DNA of 64,000 nucleotides, taken from contig CAYTYC010000001.1 in NCBI GenBank assembly GCA_964442255.1, forward strand, positions 2,526 through 66,525, in the 5' to 3' direction. Made by a program: the position numbers and the translations under genes. The notes under the pieces were generated by a model, which worked only from the letters and a program-made list of their open reading frames with translations, searched no databases and was not told where the DNA came from. This document shows, in pieces, positions 47,582 through 58,082 of the stretch. The DNA is from an uncultured archaeon. GTDB lineage: Archaea; Iainarchaeota; Iainarchaeia; Iainarchaeales; 1-14-0-10-31-34. Within the stretch, counting starts at the first letter, position 1; every line of letters begins with the position of its first letter.

Positions 47582-48757
47582 TTAGCCGTGCCTGAAAAAC
47601 TTTTCCAGCCTTTCAAACGCCTTTTCAATCAGTTCATACTTTGTCGCGTAGCTCATCCGAACAAACCCTTCCCCTTCCGCGCCGAACTCCGTGCCCGGAA
47701 CAACCGCAACCTTTGCCTTTTCCAGAACCTTTTTCGCGAATTTAAACGAATTTTCCCCGGAGTCAATGCGCGGAAAAACATAGAACGCCCCCTCCGGCTC
47801 AACGTCAACAGTCAAGCCATTCAATTCCCGCAGCCGCCTTAAAACCATTTTCCTTCTCCTTTCGTATTCTTTCCTCATTTTTTCCACCGGCTTTTTGCCC
47901 ATCCCTAAGGCAAACTCCCCAAGTTTTTGGGAAAAGGTGGGGGCGCATAGCGCGGTGTACACGTGGATTTTGGTCATCTTTTCAATCAGCCACTCCGGCC
48001 CGGAGGCAAAGCCCAGGCGGAAGCCGGGCATTGCATAACTTTTGGAAAATGTGTGAAGGGTTAAAACATGGGGCTGCATTCCGTTTAAGGAAGCCATTGA
48101 AACGTGCTTTGCGTTCCCGTACACGAAGTATTCGTATGCTTCGTCGGAAATCAAAAGCAATTCGTTTTCCACGGCAATGTCTGCAAGCTCCTCCAAATCC
48201 TTTTTTTTGAGCACGGTTCCGGTTGGGTTGGAGGGCGAGTTAACGATTATCGCCCTTGTGCGCTTTGAAATGCTTTTCTTTATTTCATCAGAATCAATCT
48301 GGAATCCGGTTTCTTCCTTCAGCGGAATCTCGACCGCAAACCCGTTCAAAAGCTTGATTGAAGGAATGTATGCGAGAAAGCCCGGGTTGGGCGTAAGAAC
48401 CTCTTCTCCCGCGTCCACCAGGCACATCAGCCCCATCATTATTGCTTCGGTTGAGCCGTTTGTCACGACAACCTGCTTTAACGGGTCGTCCAGCTTAATC
48501 CCGTTTTCTTTCCCCAGCTTTCTGTCAATCGCTTTCTTAAAATCGGTTCTCCCGCCGGGGGGAGAGTAATGCGTGAAGCCCTTTGAAAGAATTTTTTTTC
48601 CGTAGTTTAGGATTTCTTTTGGCGTGCCAAAATCCGGCTCTCCCGGCCCGAGGGAAATGACTGCTTTGTCTTCTTCCGCGATTTTAATCAGGGCGCCAAT
48701 TGTTGAGTCAGGCAGTTCGGCCGTCCTTTCGCTCAAATATTTGCTTAAATTCTTCAC
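47582..48757 (-). CDS. Pyridoxal-phosphate-dependent aminotransferase (class I, aspartate/aromatic type)
   Basis: About 391-aa fold-type I with SKSYAMPGFRLG Lys-PLP region. Confidence 0.8.
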   Translation of the reverse strand: MKNLSKYLSERTAELPDSTIGALIKIAEEDKAVISLGPGEPDFGTPKEILNYGKKILSKGFTHYSPPGGRTDFKKAIDRKLGKENGIKLDDPLKQVVVTNGSTEAIMMGLMCLVDAGEEVLTPNPGFLAYIPSIKLLNGFAVEIPLKEETGFQIDSDEIKKSISKRTRAIIVNSPSNPTGTVLKKKDLEELADIAVENELLLISDEAYEYFVYGNAKHVSMASLNGMQPHVLTLHTFSKSYAMPGFRLGFASGPEWLIEKMTKIHVYTALCAPTFSQKLGEFALGMGKKPVEKMRKEYERRRKMVLRRLRELNGLTVDVEPEGAFYVFPRIDSGENSFKFAKKVLEKAKVAVVPGTEFGAEGEGFVRMSYATKYELIEKAFERLEKFFRHG

Positions 48758-49398
48758 CTGATCACCCTTACATCCACCGCAAGGGCGTTTCTGGAGTCAA
48801 GCATTACCGGGTTCAGGTCCAGCTCTGAAACCTTTTCTTTTTCCATGAATTTGCTTACATTCAAAAGCAAACCTTCAAGTTTTTTGAAATTGACGGCTTT
48901 TTTTCCCCTCGCGCCTTTCAGAATCGCTTTTCCTTTTATTTCTGAAACCATTTCCTTTGCGTCTTTCCGCGTGATTGGAACAAGGCGGATGGAAACGTCT
49001 TTCATTATCTCCACGAATATTCCGCCCAAGCCAAACAAAATGATGGGCCCGAACTGCGGGTCAATTTTTCCCCCAACAATTACCTGCACCCCGTCAGCCA
49101 TTTTTTGCACCATTATTCCGCGGATTTTTGCTTTTGGAGCCTTTTTCTTCACATTCTTCAAAATTCGCCTGAAAGCCTCCAGCGCCTCTTTTTCGGATTC
49201 AATGCCCAGCTCAACCCCGCCTGCATCGCTTTTGTGAACGACCTGCTCCGAAACAATTTTCATTGCAAGCGGAAACCCAAGTTTCTTTGCAACGCGCGGC
49301 AAATCCTTCTCTTCCTTCACCAGCCCGCCTTTCGCAAACCGCACCCCGTATTTCCGCAAAAGCTTTTGCGCTTCCGGAAAATCCACCTGCTTTTTCAT
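48754..49398 (-). CDS. ADP-forming acetyl-/acyl-CoA synthetase beta subunit (ATP-grasp)
   Basis: ATP-grasp domain with KIVSEQVVHKSDAGGVELGI, typical of AcdB. Confidence 0.6.
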   Translation of the reverse strand: MKKQVDFPEAQKLLRKYGVRFAKGGLVKEEKDLPRVAKKLGFPLAMKIVSEQVVHKSDAGGVELGIESEKEALEAFRRILKNVKKKAPKAKIRGIMVQKMADGVQVIVGGKIDPQFGPIILFGLGGIFVEIMKDVSIRLVPITRKDAKEMVSEIKGKAILKGARGKKAVNFKKLEGLLLNVSKFMEKEKVSELDLNPVMLDSRNALAVDVRVIR

Positions 49399-49437
49399 CG
49401 CATAAATAGAGGCAAAAAGGGAATTTAAAGTTTCGCA

Positions 49438-50421
49438 TTAAAAGTGCTCAAAGCCTTTTCCGAGGGCCGTTTTTTTCCCGTTTTCCAGAAGAAAAATTCC
49501 GTCTTTTTTTGGCAGGATTTCACCGACAACTGAGTACTTCACTCCGCGTATTTTTTTCAAATTTTTTTTGGGGGTTGTGAAAACCAATTCAAAGTCTTCC
49601 CCGCCATTCAAAGCAAAATCGTGCGGGGATTTTTTCACTTTCTTTGCGAGCTTTTTTGTGTTTTTGGAGAGAGGAATCCTTTCCTTAAAAATCCTTGCGC
49701 CAACCGAGCTCATTTCGCAAATGTGCCTCACTTCAGAGGCAAGCCCGTCGCTGACGTCAATCATTGCGTTCACGTAAGGCGCAATCTTCCCTGCTTCCTT
49801 CAGCCTCGCTTTAGGCTCAAGGTGCTGCTTAACGTTTCCTTTTTTCCTTTTTCGCAGCACTTCCAAACCAGCGGCGCTTTTCCCCAAATCGCCTGTAACG
49901 CAGATAAGGTCTCCAACCTTTGCGTCGCTCCGCAGTCTCAAATTCCTTTTGTCGACTTCCCCAACCATGCACACATTCAAAACAATCAGCTTTCCGTGCG
50001 TTGTGTCCCCGCCAACCAGCTCAAAGCCGTATTTCCGGGCAACAGAGTAAAAGCCCCTGTATAGTTCTTCCGCGAATTTCACGGAAACCTTTTTGCTTAA
50101 CGCAATTGAAACAAGCGCATATTTTGGCAGGGCGCCCATTGCCGCGATGTCCGAAACATTTGCTTCCATTGCCTTTGCCCCTATCTGGAAGGGGGTTGAC
50201 CATTTCAGGGAAAAGTGGTCGTTTTCCACAAGCATGTCAGTTGTTAAAACAAGGAAAAGGTTCTTCTTCCACTTGATTACTGCGGCATCATCCCATATTC
50301 CGACTTTCACGCTTTTGTCTTTCACTTTCCGCGTAACCCTTTCAATTAATGCAAACTCCCCGCCTATTTCCGAGATTCTCAACTTTTCACCTATTCCTTC
50401 ATTGAACAGAATTTTCCGCAC
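49438..50421 (-). CDS. thiL: Thiamine-monophosphate kinase
   Basis: AIR-synthase-like PurM fold (GIWDDAAVI...DMLVENDHF). Confidence 0.75.
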   Translation of the reverse strand: MRKILFNEGIGEKLRISEIGGEFALIERVTRKVKDKSVKVGIWDDAAVIKWKKNLFLVLTTDMLVENDHFSLKWSTPFQIGAKAMEANVSDIAAMGALPKYALVSIALSKKVSVKFAEELYRGFYSVARKYGFELVGGDTTHGKLIVLNVCMVGEVDKRNLRLRSDAKVGDLICVTGDLGKSAAGLEVLRKRKKGNVKQHLEPKARLKEAGKIAPYVNAMIDVSDGLASEVRHICEMSSVGARIFKERIPLSKNTKKLAKKVKKSPHDFALNGGEDFELVFTTPKKNLKKIRGVKYSVVGEILPKKDGIFLLENGKKTALGKGFEHF

Positions 50422-51632
50422 ATCGAGCAGAACTCCTCATGCACCTTGGAGTCCTTCCTGTATTTCCTTGCTTTCTCCGGGTCAAGGGAAAGCATGAACT
50501 GCTTTTTCCAGTCAAATGCTTTTCTCGCTGAACTCAGTTCCCGGTCCCTTTCATGCGATGAAAAAATTCCTTTAGCCAAATCGGCTGCATGTGCTGCAAT
50601 ACGCGAAGAGATTACCCCTTCTTTTACGTCCTCCACATCCGGAAGCTTCAAGTGCTCTGCCGGAGTCACATAACACAAAAAGTCCGCGCCGTGCATTGCC
50701 GCAACCGCCCCCCCTATTGCGGAGGTAATGTGGTCATAGCCGGGGGCAATGTCCGTCACCAATGGGCCGAGAACATAGAAGGGCGCGTTGTGGCAGTATT
50801 TTTTCTGCAAAAGCACGTTCTTTTTAATTTGGTGAATGGGAACATGCCCCGGGCCTTCAATTATTGCCTGCACGTCCTCTTCCCAGGCGCGCTTCGTTAA
50901 TTCACCTAATGCCCTGAGTTCAGCCAACTGCGCCTTGTCTGTCGCGTCCGCAATGCTTCCCGGCCTCAGGCCGTCGCCCAATGAAAGCGTCACATCAAAT
51001 TTTTTTGCAATCTTCAGCACTTCATCAAAGTTTTCATACAAAGGGTTTTCCTTTTTGTTGTGCTTCATCCAACGCACAAGAAAGCTTCCTCCCCTGCTTA
51101 CAACCCCTGTGACCCTTTTTTCAAGAAGCGGAATGAATTCCTTTTTCACGCCCGCATGCACTGTCATGAAGTCAACGCCCTGCCTTGCCTGCACTTTTAT
51201 TGCTTCCAGCATTTCCCCTATGCCAATCTCCAGTTCGTTTTCCGCTTCAGCCATTGCCTGGTAAACCGGAACAGTGCCCAAAGGAACGGGGGAAAGGGCA
51301 AGCAATTTTTCCCTAATTTTGTTTAATTCCCCGCCAATGCTTAAATCCATCAACGTATCGGTTCCGTATTTCAGTGAAACTGCCAGTTTTGCTTTTTCTT
51401 CCTCCAAATCAATTTTTGAGGGGGAGGTGCCGAGGTTTACGTTTATTTTTGTTTTCAGCCCTTCCCCTATTGCAATTGGCGCAATGGGCGTCCTTTTCCG
51501 GTTCAAGGGAATTACCACCCTTCCTTCCGCAATTTTTTTCCTTAACTTTTCCGCTTCAATGCCTTCCTTTACTGCGGCGTTCCTTATTTCCTTTGAAACC
51601 TTTCCTTCCTTTGCTTTCCTTGACAAAGTCAT
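50391..51632 (-). CDS. thiC: Phosphomethylpyrimidine synthase
   Basis: Radical-SAM-like ThiC with C-terminal [11 protein letters not shown] cluster and conserved core. Confidence 0.85.
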   Translation of the reverse strand: MTLSRKAKEGKVSKEIRNAAVKEGIEAEKLRKKIAEGRVVIPLNRKRTPIAPIAIGEGLKTKINVNLGTSPSKIDLEEEKAKLAVSLKYGTDTLMDLSIGGELNKIREKLLALSPVPLGTVPVYQAMAEAENELEIGIGEMLEAIKVQARQGVDFMTVHAGVKKEFIPLLEKRVTGVVSRGGSFLVRWMKHNKKENPLYENFDEVLKIAKKFDVTLSLGDGLRPGSIADATDKAQLAELRALGELTKRAWEEDVQAIIEGPGHVPIHQIKKNVLLQKKYCHNAPFYVLGPLVTDIAPGYDHITSAIGGAVAAMHGADFLCYVTPAEHLKLPDVEDVKEGVISSRIAAHAADLAKGIFSSHERDRELSSARKAFDWKKQFMLSLDPEKARKYRKDSKVHEEFCSMCGKFCSMKE

Positions 51633-51675
51633 TTCAGTTTTCGCCCCTTTCCTTTAACCCCTTTCCGCAAGAGCG

Positions 51676-52335
51676 TCATTTCAGTTTTCCCCGGATTCTT
51701 TCAACGGCCCCCTTCACGTCCTCCTGCATTAAAACCGCGGAAATCATTGAAACCTTTTTGACTCCCGCCTCCAGCACCAGTGAAAGGTTTTCTTCATTGA
51801 TTCCGCCGATTGCTGTCACAGGAATGGACACGGCGTTTTTAACTTCTTTCAGCAATTCAATTCCCCCTGCCCTGCCGGCATCCTCTTTTGTGGCTGTCTC
51901 AAAAACCGGGGAGGCGGAAACATAATCCGCTCCGCTTTCTTCTGCTTCCCTGGCTTCAGCCGCGTTATGGGCAGTAACCCCGATTACCTTGTTTTCTCCC
52001 AGAATCTTTCTTGCCTCCCTTAATTCCATGTCTTCCTGACCCAAATGCACCCCGTCCGCGCCAGATGCAAGCGCAACATCAACCCGGTCGTTCACCAAAA
52101 AAAGCGCGCCATGCCCTGTGCAAAGCCTTTTCAGCTCTTTTGCTTCTTCAACCATTTTTTTGGCGGGAAATTCCTTTTCGCGGTACTGCACCAATTTCAC
52201 TCCCCCTTCCAGAGCCCCTTTCACTGTTTCCTTCACCGGCTTTTTTGAAAGCCTTCTGTCGGTAATGAAGTACAAGTCAAAATCTTGTTTCATTTGCCCA
52301 CTTCCCAAAAACTCCCCTTTTTTTTTATATTTCAT
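51676..52335 (-). CDS. thiE: Thiamine-phosphate synthase
   Basis: TIM-barrel ThiE motifs (YFITDR..., GADGVHLGQED, IGGI). Confidence 0.8.
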   Translation of the reverse strand: MKYKKKGEFLGSGQMKQDFDLYFITDRRLSKKPVKETVKGALEGGVKLVQYREKEFPAKKMVEEAKELKRLCTGHGALFLVNDRVDVALASGADGVHLGQEDMELREARKILGENKVIGVTAHNAAEAREAEESGADYVSASPVFETATKEDAGRAGGIELLKEVKNAVSIPVTAIGGINEENLSLVLEAGVKKVSMISAVLMQEDVKGAVERIRGKLK

Positions 52336-52370
52336 CCGAATTCAACTTTCCGGGATTTCCGGATTCCGCT

Positions 52371-53198
52371 TCACTTAAACTCAATTTTCTGCATGCCCTC
52401 AACCTTTCCTTCATCAAGCGAAAAAATTTCGTCGTAAAATTTTTCCTTGTAAGTTCCTGGCCCCGTGCTTTCCTTTGAAGCCAGTTCCCCCGCGATTCCA
52501 AAAACACTTAACGCATACGCTGTTGCCTTCCAATAATCTTTTTCCACTCCTGCAAATGCCCCAATAACTGAGGCAGCCATGCATCCCGTGCCGACAATTT
52601 TTCCCATCATGTCGTGCCCGTTTTTAACGAGCGCAAGCGATTCCCCGCCGCTCACAACATCCACTTTTCCGGTCAATGCGACAACGCAGTTAAACTTCTT
52701 GGCCGCAGTTTTTGCAATTTCCTCCAGGCTTCCTTCCACACCCATTGCCTCAACTCCCTTCACTTCCGCCTTCACTTCAGCAAGCGTCCCAATCTCCGCG
52801 GAGTTTCCTTTCAGCACCGAAACCGTCACTTCAGATAAAATTTTTTTTGCGCTTTCCGTCCGGAAAGAGGTTGCACCCGCTCCGACCGCATCCAAAACAA
52901 CCGGAATGCCTTTTTCATTTGCTTTTTTTCCTGCCAAAACCATTGAGTCAATCAGCTCCGGCGTGAGGGTTCCAATATTCAATACAAGCGCGGAGGCGAT
53001 TTCCGCCATCTCCGCCACTTCCTCTTTTGCGTGCGCCATTACCGGGAGAGCGCCCACCGCACGCACAATATTCGCGCAGTCGTAAATGGTAACCCAGTTG
53101 GTTAAATGGTGCACTAACGGCTTTTCTTCGCGTATCTTCTCCAGCACTTCAAAGGCCGTATTCATTTTTTTTTCCACCCCAACCATTTCTTCCGGCAA
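52371..53198 (-). CDS. thiM: Hydroxyethylthiazole kinase
   Basis: ThiM ribokinase-like fold ([22 protein letters not shown]...). Confidence 0.8.
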   Translation of the reverse strand: MPEEMVGVEKKMNTAFEVLEKIREEKPLVHHLTNWVTIYDCANIVRAVGALPVMAHAKEEVAEMAEIASALVLNIGTLTPELIDSMVLAGKKANEKGIPVVLDAVGAGATSFRTESAKKILSEVTVSVLKGNSAEIGTLAEVKAEVKGVEAMGVEGSLEEIAKTAAKKFNCVVALTGKVDVVSGGESLALVKNGHDMMGKIVGTGCMAASVIGAFAGVEKDYWKATAYALSVFGIAGELASKESTGPGTYKEKFYDEIFSLDEGKVEGMQKIEFK

Positions 53199-53276
53199 AA
53201 TGTTAATAAAAGTGTTCAGTTTCGTTTCCTAAACGTTGGGGGAGGTTTTTAAAGAAGAAACGGCTATTTTCATTGC

Positions 53277-53501
53277 ATGGGCATTTCTGGAGTTTTAAGG
53301 CGCATTGTGCGGAAAAACAGGAACCCGCGCCGGGAACTGAAACCGGGGCCAGGGCTTTCCGAAAAAGCCAATGAAATCATTTACAGGGCAGAGGCGGGGG
53401 AAATTCTCCGGGAAAAACTCCTGGATTTTTTGAATGAGGCAGGCCTCCCCGGGCACGAAAAACAAGTCGTGGTTTCAAGGCTTAAGTGTTTGCTTGACTG
53501 A
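53277..53501 (+). CDS. Hypothetical small protein
   Basis: ORF only. Confidence 0.25.
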   Translation: MGISGVLRRIVRKNRNPRRELKPGPGLSEKANEIIYRAEAGEILREKLLDFLNEAGLPGHEKQVVVSRLKCLLD

Positions 53502-53545
53502 TTTCCGCGAACTATTTAAACCTATTCCCGGCTAAATTCTAACTG

Positions 53546-54814
53546 GTGTTTATGCTGAAAATGAAGGTTTTAGGCGGAGGCAGGGAGGTAGGCAGAAGCA
53601 GTTTTTTGCTTGACTCTGGAGAAAAGATTTTGTTAGAGCACGGAATAAAGCTCAACCCGGACAGAATCCAGTATCCCTTAAAGCTGAAAAGCCATTTGGA
53701 TGCGGCAATAATCAGCCACGCTCACCTGGATCACAGTGGAAACCTGCCAGCGCTTTATACGGACTCCTGCATGATGTCTTTTATGACCCTTCCTACGCTG
53801 GAGTTAAGCAAGCTTTTGTGGGCTGATTCACTGAAGATAGCGAAGGCAGAGGGCACTGAAGCAACCTACACGAAAGCAGAGGTGCAAAAAACCGAAAAAT
53901 TCACTTTCCCTTTGGGTTACAGGAAAAAGGTGGACGTAACGGAAAACGTTTTCATGGAGTTTTTTGATGCGGGCCACATTTTGGGCGGGGCAATGGTCAA
54001 GCTCGATTACCCGCAGCACAGGCTCCTTTACACCGGCGACTTCAAAATAAACGAAACCCGCCTCCACTACGGTGCGGACACAAAATTCGGCGACATTGAC
54101 ACCCTGGTAATGGAGTCAACCTACGGTGACCGGGAACACGGAAAAAGAAAAGAAATCGAAAAAGAGTTTGTGGAAAGCGTGCAGGACACAATAGACAGGG
54201 GGGGCTGGGCTTTGGTGCCGGCTTTTGCGGTTGGAAGAAGCCAGGAAATGATTGACATTCTCCACGAATACAATTTGGACACGGAAGTCTTCCTGGACGG
54301 AATGGCGAAAAAGGCCGCAAGAATTATCCTTGATTTCCCGGAATTTTTGAAGGACCCCAAGTTTTTGGGGAAAGCCCTCCACTCCACCACCTGGGTTGAA
54401 AGGCACAACAAAGGCGCAATATTCAGGGAGCCCGGTGTAATTGTTTCAACTGCCGGAATGCTGGAAGGCGGCCCGGCACTGAATTATTTGAAGAGAATCT
54501 ACAGCGACAAAAACTCCTCGGTTTTCCTTACCGGATACCAGGTTGAAGGAACAAAGGGAAGGCAGTTGGCGGAAAAAGGAACCATTGTAATTGACGGAGA
54601 AGAATTAAAGGTTGACGCTGAAGTGAAAAAATTTGATTTCTCCGCGCACGCCTCGCACTCAGAGCTGATGAAAATGGCTGAAAAGGCTGCGCCTGAGAGA
54701 ATTGTTTTAATCCACGGGGACGACAAAATAATTGAAGGCCTGCAGAAAGAGCTCAAAGGAAAAGGCTTCAGCGTTGAGGCGCCCGCAAACGGCGAAACAG
54801 TTGGGCTTGCATGA
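53546..54814 (+). CDS. Metallo-beta-lactamase/beta-CASP ribonuclease (aCPSF2/RNase J-like, no KH domains)
   Basis: HAHLDHSG motif II, beta-CASP motifs and C-terminal His. Confidence 0.75.
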   Translation: MFMLKMKVLGGGREVGRSSFLLDSGEKILLEHGIKLNPDRIQYPLKLKSHLDAAIISHAHLDHSGNLPALYTDSCMMSFMTLPTLELSKLLWADSLKIAKAEGTEATYTKAEVQKTEKFTFPLGYRKKVDVTENVFMEFFDAGHILGGAMVKLDYPQHRLLYTGDFKINETRLHYGADTKFGDIDTLVMESTYGDREHGKRKEIEKEFVESVQDTIDRGGWALVPAFAVGRSQEMIDILHEYNLDTEVFLDGMAKKAARIILDFPEFLKDPKFLGKALHSTTWVERHNKGAIFREPGVIVSTAGMLEGGPALNYLKRIYSDKNSSVFLTGYQVEGTKGRQLAEKGTIVIDGEELKVDAEVKKFDFSAHASHSELMKMAEKAAPERIVLIHGDDKIIEGLQKELKGKGFSVEAPANGETVGLA

Positions 54815-55629
54815 ACGAATTCCAAAAATTCCTTGTTTCCCTCAAGGACTCCTTCACCGCCCTCCGCAGTGAGCCAAAGCTTTTTCTCCCGAAAATCGTT
54901 CTCGCGCTGCTTTGGGGAATCCTCCTGCTTTTGATTGCGGAAAAGGCGGTGCGGTTGTTTTCCATCCGGCAGTTTCCCCCCGCGCAGATAGCGGAGCAGG
55001 CCAGCCTGATTTTTTCGGAGGTTGCGTGGCTTTTCATTTTATTTGTCGGAATGTTTTTGGCGGACGTGTTCGTGAACGCGGCTTACCCTTACTTCATTGA
55101 ACGATTCTACCGAAATGAAAAAATTTCCCTTATCTCCGGTTTTGCGCACATTTCCCGCAACTCGTTAAGCTACCTGGCCCCCATTGTGCTTTCTTTTTTG
55201 GTTTCAATCCTTGCGCTTATCCCCTTTGTGTTCCTTTTCTCCTTTGCACTGCTTTCCAGGGACCTGCTTTTTATCGCCTTAAGCCTTGCAATCCTCCTTG
55301 CGGTTGTCTTCGGGGTTTCCTTTTTCTTTTACTTTGTTTACCCCATCGCGGTAATCGAAAAAAAAGGGCTTCTTTCACTGTTTGCGTCCATTAAAAGCGC
55401 TAAAAAAAACTTCTGCCCGGTGTCCTTGGCGGTTGTGATCACGATGTCTTTAAGCCTTGTCACTGTTTTCCTTGCGGTAAGCTACCGGGACATTTTGGCG
55501 GTGGGGGTTAGCGCGCTCATATTGTTTTTCGTCCTGAGAATAGTCAACGCGATGATTGCCACCTACCAGATGGTTTTGAACCCCGTGCTTTACCTGGAGT
55601 TTGAGAAAAACAGGGGGCTGGAAAAATGA
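54811..55629 (+). CDS. Polytopic membrane protein of unknown function
   Basis: About six hydrophobic helices. Translationally coupled to the RNase gene. Confidence 0.45.
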   Translation: MNEFQKFLVSLKDSFTALRSEPKLFLPKIVLALLWGILLLLIAEKAVRLFSIRQFPPAQIAEQASLIFSEVAWLFILFVGMFLADVFVNAAYPYFIERFYRNEKISLISGFAHISRNSLSYLAPIVLSFLVSILALIPFVFLFSFALLSRDLLFIALSLAILLAVVFGVSFFFYFVYPIAVIEKKGLLSLFASIKSAKKNFCPVSLAVVITMSLSLVTVFLAVSYRDILAVGVSALILFFVLRIVNAMIATYQMVLNPVLYLEFEKNRGLEK

Positions 55630-56369
55630 ACCGCGTTTCCCCGAAGGCAAATTTTTGCAAACCTTTTTCTAAAAGGTTTTGCCCGAAATGCGGAAAAGAA
55701 ACCCTGCGCCCGGTTAAAGGCTTTTGCGCGGAATGCTTTGCATTGGACCACGCGCTCGTGGAGCTGCCGAAAGAAATCCGGGTAGAGTTCTGCAAACGCT
55801 GCAACAAAATCCGCCTGAAAGGGCAGTGGAATGAGCAGGATGAACGGCTTTTGAAGGACTTTGTTTCCTCAAAGCTAAAGGAAAAAGAATTGCGGGTAAA
55901 AGGCGTTAAAGTAAATCTTCAGCCCCTGGCGGAAGGCTCAACCGTTGCGGAACTGAATATTTCCGGAACAGTGGACGGGGAAGAAATAAGCTTAATAAAG
56001 CAGGCTTTATTGAAGCCGAAAAGAGGGATATGCGATGCGTGCATGAAGCTTGCCTCCGACTACTATGAGGCGATTCTCCAACTCCGGTTCAAAGAAAAAA
56101 AGAACAGGGAAAGGGAGGGGGAATTAAAGAAAAAAATTGAGCGAATTTTGAAGGAAAAGAAGAAATTGGATTCCCTTGCAAAAGTGATTGCATTCAGGAA
56201 GGACAGGAAAGGCTTTGACGCGTTAATCGGCTCAAAGAAGGCGGCAAAGGATGTTGCGGAAGCGCTTGCAAAAAAAGCAAAAACAAGTGTTGTCTTCTCC
56301 CATTCCGTTGTCGGGATGGACAAAAATGGAAAACAGAAAAAGCGGTTCACCTTTTGCGTGAAGGTTTGA
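55626..56369 (+). CDS. Nmd3-like zinc-finger protein
   Basis: N-terminal CPKCG...CAECF...CKRCN zinc knuckles, then a basic domain. Confidence 0.4.
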   Translation: MNRVSPKANFCKPFSKRFCPKCGKETLRPVKGFCAECFALDHALVELPKEIRVEFCKRCNKIRLKGQWNEQDERLLKDFVSSKLKEKELRVKGVKVNLQPLAEGSTVAELNISGTVDGEEISLIKQALLKPKRGICDACMKLASDYYEAILQLRFKEKKNREREGELKKKIERILKEKKKLDSLAKVIAFRKDRKGFDALIGSKKAAKDVAEALAKKAKTSVVFSHSVVGMDKNGKQKKRFTFCVKV

Positions 56370-56418
56370 GGGCGGTTTTCCGGCTGAACTCCAGGGAAAT
56401 GCTTTCGCTGCAGAAGGC

Positions 56419-57120
56419 TTAAACTTCATACTTTTTGAGTTCGGTTTCAATTTCCTGAAGCGGCTTGTTTGTCACAAGCAAAGGGATTTTCTCTATTTCC
56501 GCGATTTTCACGGCAATCGGGTCAACGCTTTTTGGCCCGTGCAAAACAACTATTGAGGGCTTCATGTCCGTACTGAACCTTCCCACGCGCACGGCAATCA
56601 TCGGGCTCCTTCCGTTTTCCACGTGGTCAAAAAGCAGTGCCCTTTCAGGGGTTTTTCCGTACATTTGAAGGTATTCGTGCACCGGAACATCCAGAATCAC
56701 TTTCAACGAGTCAATTAAGGTGTAGCCGTAAACCACGACTTCTTTTAGCCGGGCCTGGTTTGCGACAACCTTTGCGCCAATCTTTTCAGCAAACTCTTTT
56801 CCGTTCACCGCCCCAAAAAATTCGTGTATTCCGAAGACGTCGCTTTCGGGCTTGAATTCTTTTTCCAGCTGTTTCCTTATTTTTCCTCCGCGCTTGTCAT
56901 CTATTTTCAGCAGGGATTCAATCAGCCTTTTCACCACCACGATGCCGGGGCTCTGCCTTCTGCCGCCCTCGTAATCGGAAATCGTGGAAGAGCTTACCTT
57001 CAGGTATTCAGCCAACTCGGTTTGCGACACGCCGAAAATTTCGCGCCATTTTTTCATGCTCCTGCCCGGGTCCCTGCTCAGGCAGATTTCGCCTGCCATT
57101 GTAACCGGCAGCTTGTCCAT
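56419..57120 (-). CDS. XRE-family HTH transcriptional regulator with C-terminal uncharacterised domain
   Basis: HTH FGVSQTELAEYLKVSSSTISDYEGG near the N-terminus. Confidence 0.5.
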   Translation of the reverse strand: MDKLPVTMAGEICLSRDPGRSMKKWREIFGVSQTELAEYLKVSSSTISDYEGGRRQSPGIVVVKRLIESLLKIDDKRGGKIRKQLEKEFKPESDVFGIHEFFGAVNGKEFAEKIGAKVVANQARLKEVVVYGYTLIDSLKVILDVPVHEYLQMYGKTPERALLFDHVENGRSPMIAVRVGRFSTDMKPSIVVLHGPKSVDPIAVKIAEIEKIPLLVTNKPLQEIETELKKYEV

Positions 57121-57354
57121 GAATTCCCCCCACGAATCAAAAAAGTTTAATTAAATTAAAGAAAAGACCCCTTAAAAATGTTTCGTCAATCGTCTGAATT
57201 GAATTTGAGGGCTTGACGAAGTGTTTCAGAGCTCGTGGAAGTCTTTTTCATCTCTTTTAAGCGGCTTCAAGCTTTTATGAACCCCAAACCTGCTTATTGG
57301 TGTTTCTTGCGGTTTCCTGGTTTTTTTGTTCATTTTTATTTACTTTAATTGTAA

Positions 57355-57449
57355 CGGGCCCGGTGGGAATCGAACCCACGACCTACAGCTTAGGAGGCCT
57401 GCGGGGTTCTGGAAGAACCTTGCCGCCCTATCCACTAGGCTACGGGCCC
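57355..57449 (-). tRNA. Intron-containing tRNA, probable tRNA-Arg (CCU) with a 22-nt intron at a non-canonical position
   Basis: Reverse complement gives acceptor GGGCCCG/CGGGCCC, D-arm GCCT-AGTGGATA-GGGC, T-arm GTGGG-TTCGATT-CCCAC and variable AGGTC. A contiguous anticodon arm appears only after removing AAGGTTCTTCCAGAACCCCGCA, which leaves stem GCGGC/GCTGT and loop CTCCTAA. Confidence 0.55.
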
Positions 57450-57495
57450 ATGAAAAACAATTGAACCAAGAAGAATTTAATCTTTGCTGTGGGCT

Positions 57496-58056
57496 TTAAA
57501 CCAAAAACCACAGCACAATTCCCGTGCCCAAAGGGATAGTTAAATTGTCCTCGAATTCCAGGAGTTCGGCAAGCATTCCTCCGGTGGAGGCAAGCAAAGC
57601 GATTTCCAATGGAAACAGCATCCACAGGTAAAAGGCCGAAACCAGTATTCCCGCAACCGTGCCTTCCGCGGAGCGCCTGTTCGGAAGGCAGATTGAGCCA
57701 AACTTTTTTCCCGCAACCGTTGCAATTGAGTCTCCAAACACCAGCACAACCAGTGCCCCTAACACGATCAGCAGATTGTTGTAGAAAAGAAAGCTTATGG
57801 CAAGGGTTCCCGCAAAAAAAGACAGGGCCCCTTTTCCCGGGAGAAAGGCTTCCTCCTGCCTGCCCACAAGCTTCACGATGTCGTGCACAAGAAAAGTTTT
57901 TGCCTTCCTTTTAATCATCAACGAAAGCGAGAAGCCGATTGCAAGCACTCCAATGTTAATGAAAATGTAAGGCACAACTCCAACCGTGCCGACCAAAAGA
58001 ATCACAAGGCACCCGAAAAAGTAATGCAAAAACTGCCTCCGTATTTCCAAATCCAT
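57496..58056 (-). CDS. CDP-alcohol/CTP-transferase family membrane protein (CarS / dolichol-kinase-like)
   Basis: Five or six TM helices with a GDSIATVAGKKFG cytidylyltransferase-like motif. Confidence 0.4.
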   Translation of the reverse strand: MDLEIRRQFLHYFFGCLVILLVGTVGVVPYIFINIGVLAIGFSLSLMIKRKAKTFLVHDIVKLVGRQEEAFLPGKGALSFFAGTLAISFLFYNNLLIVLGALVVLVFGDSIATVAGKKFGSICLPNRRSAEGTVAGILVSAFYLWMLFPLEIALLASTGGMLAELLEFEDNLTIPLGTGIVLWFLV

Positions 58057-58082
58057 GCAAAAATAATCCGCGAACCCTTTAA

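Noticed and set aside
53199-53280. TPP riboswitch upstream of thiM-thiE-thiC-thiL
   Set aside because: The reverse-complemented leader has no CUGAGA box or pyrimidine-sensor helix consensus. No riboswitch-like structure is evident.
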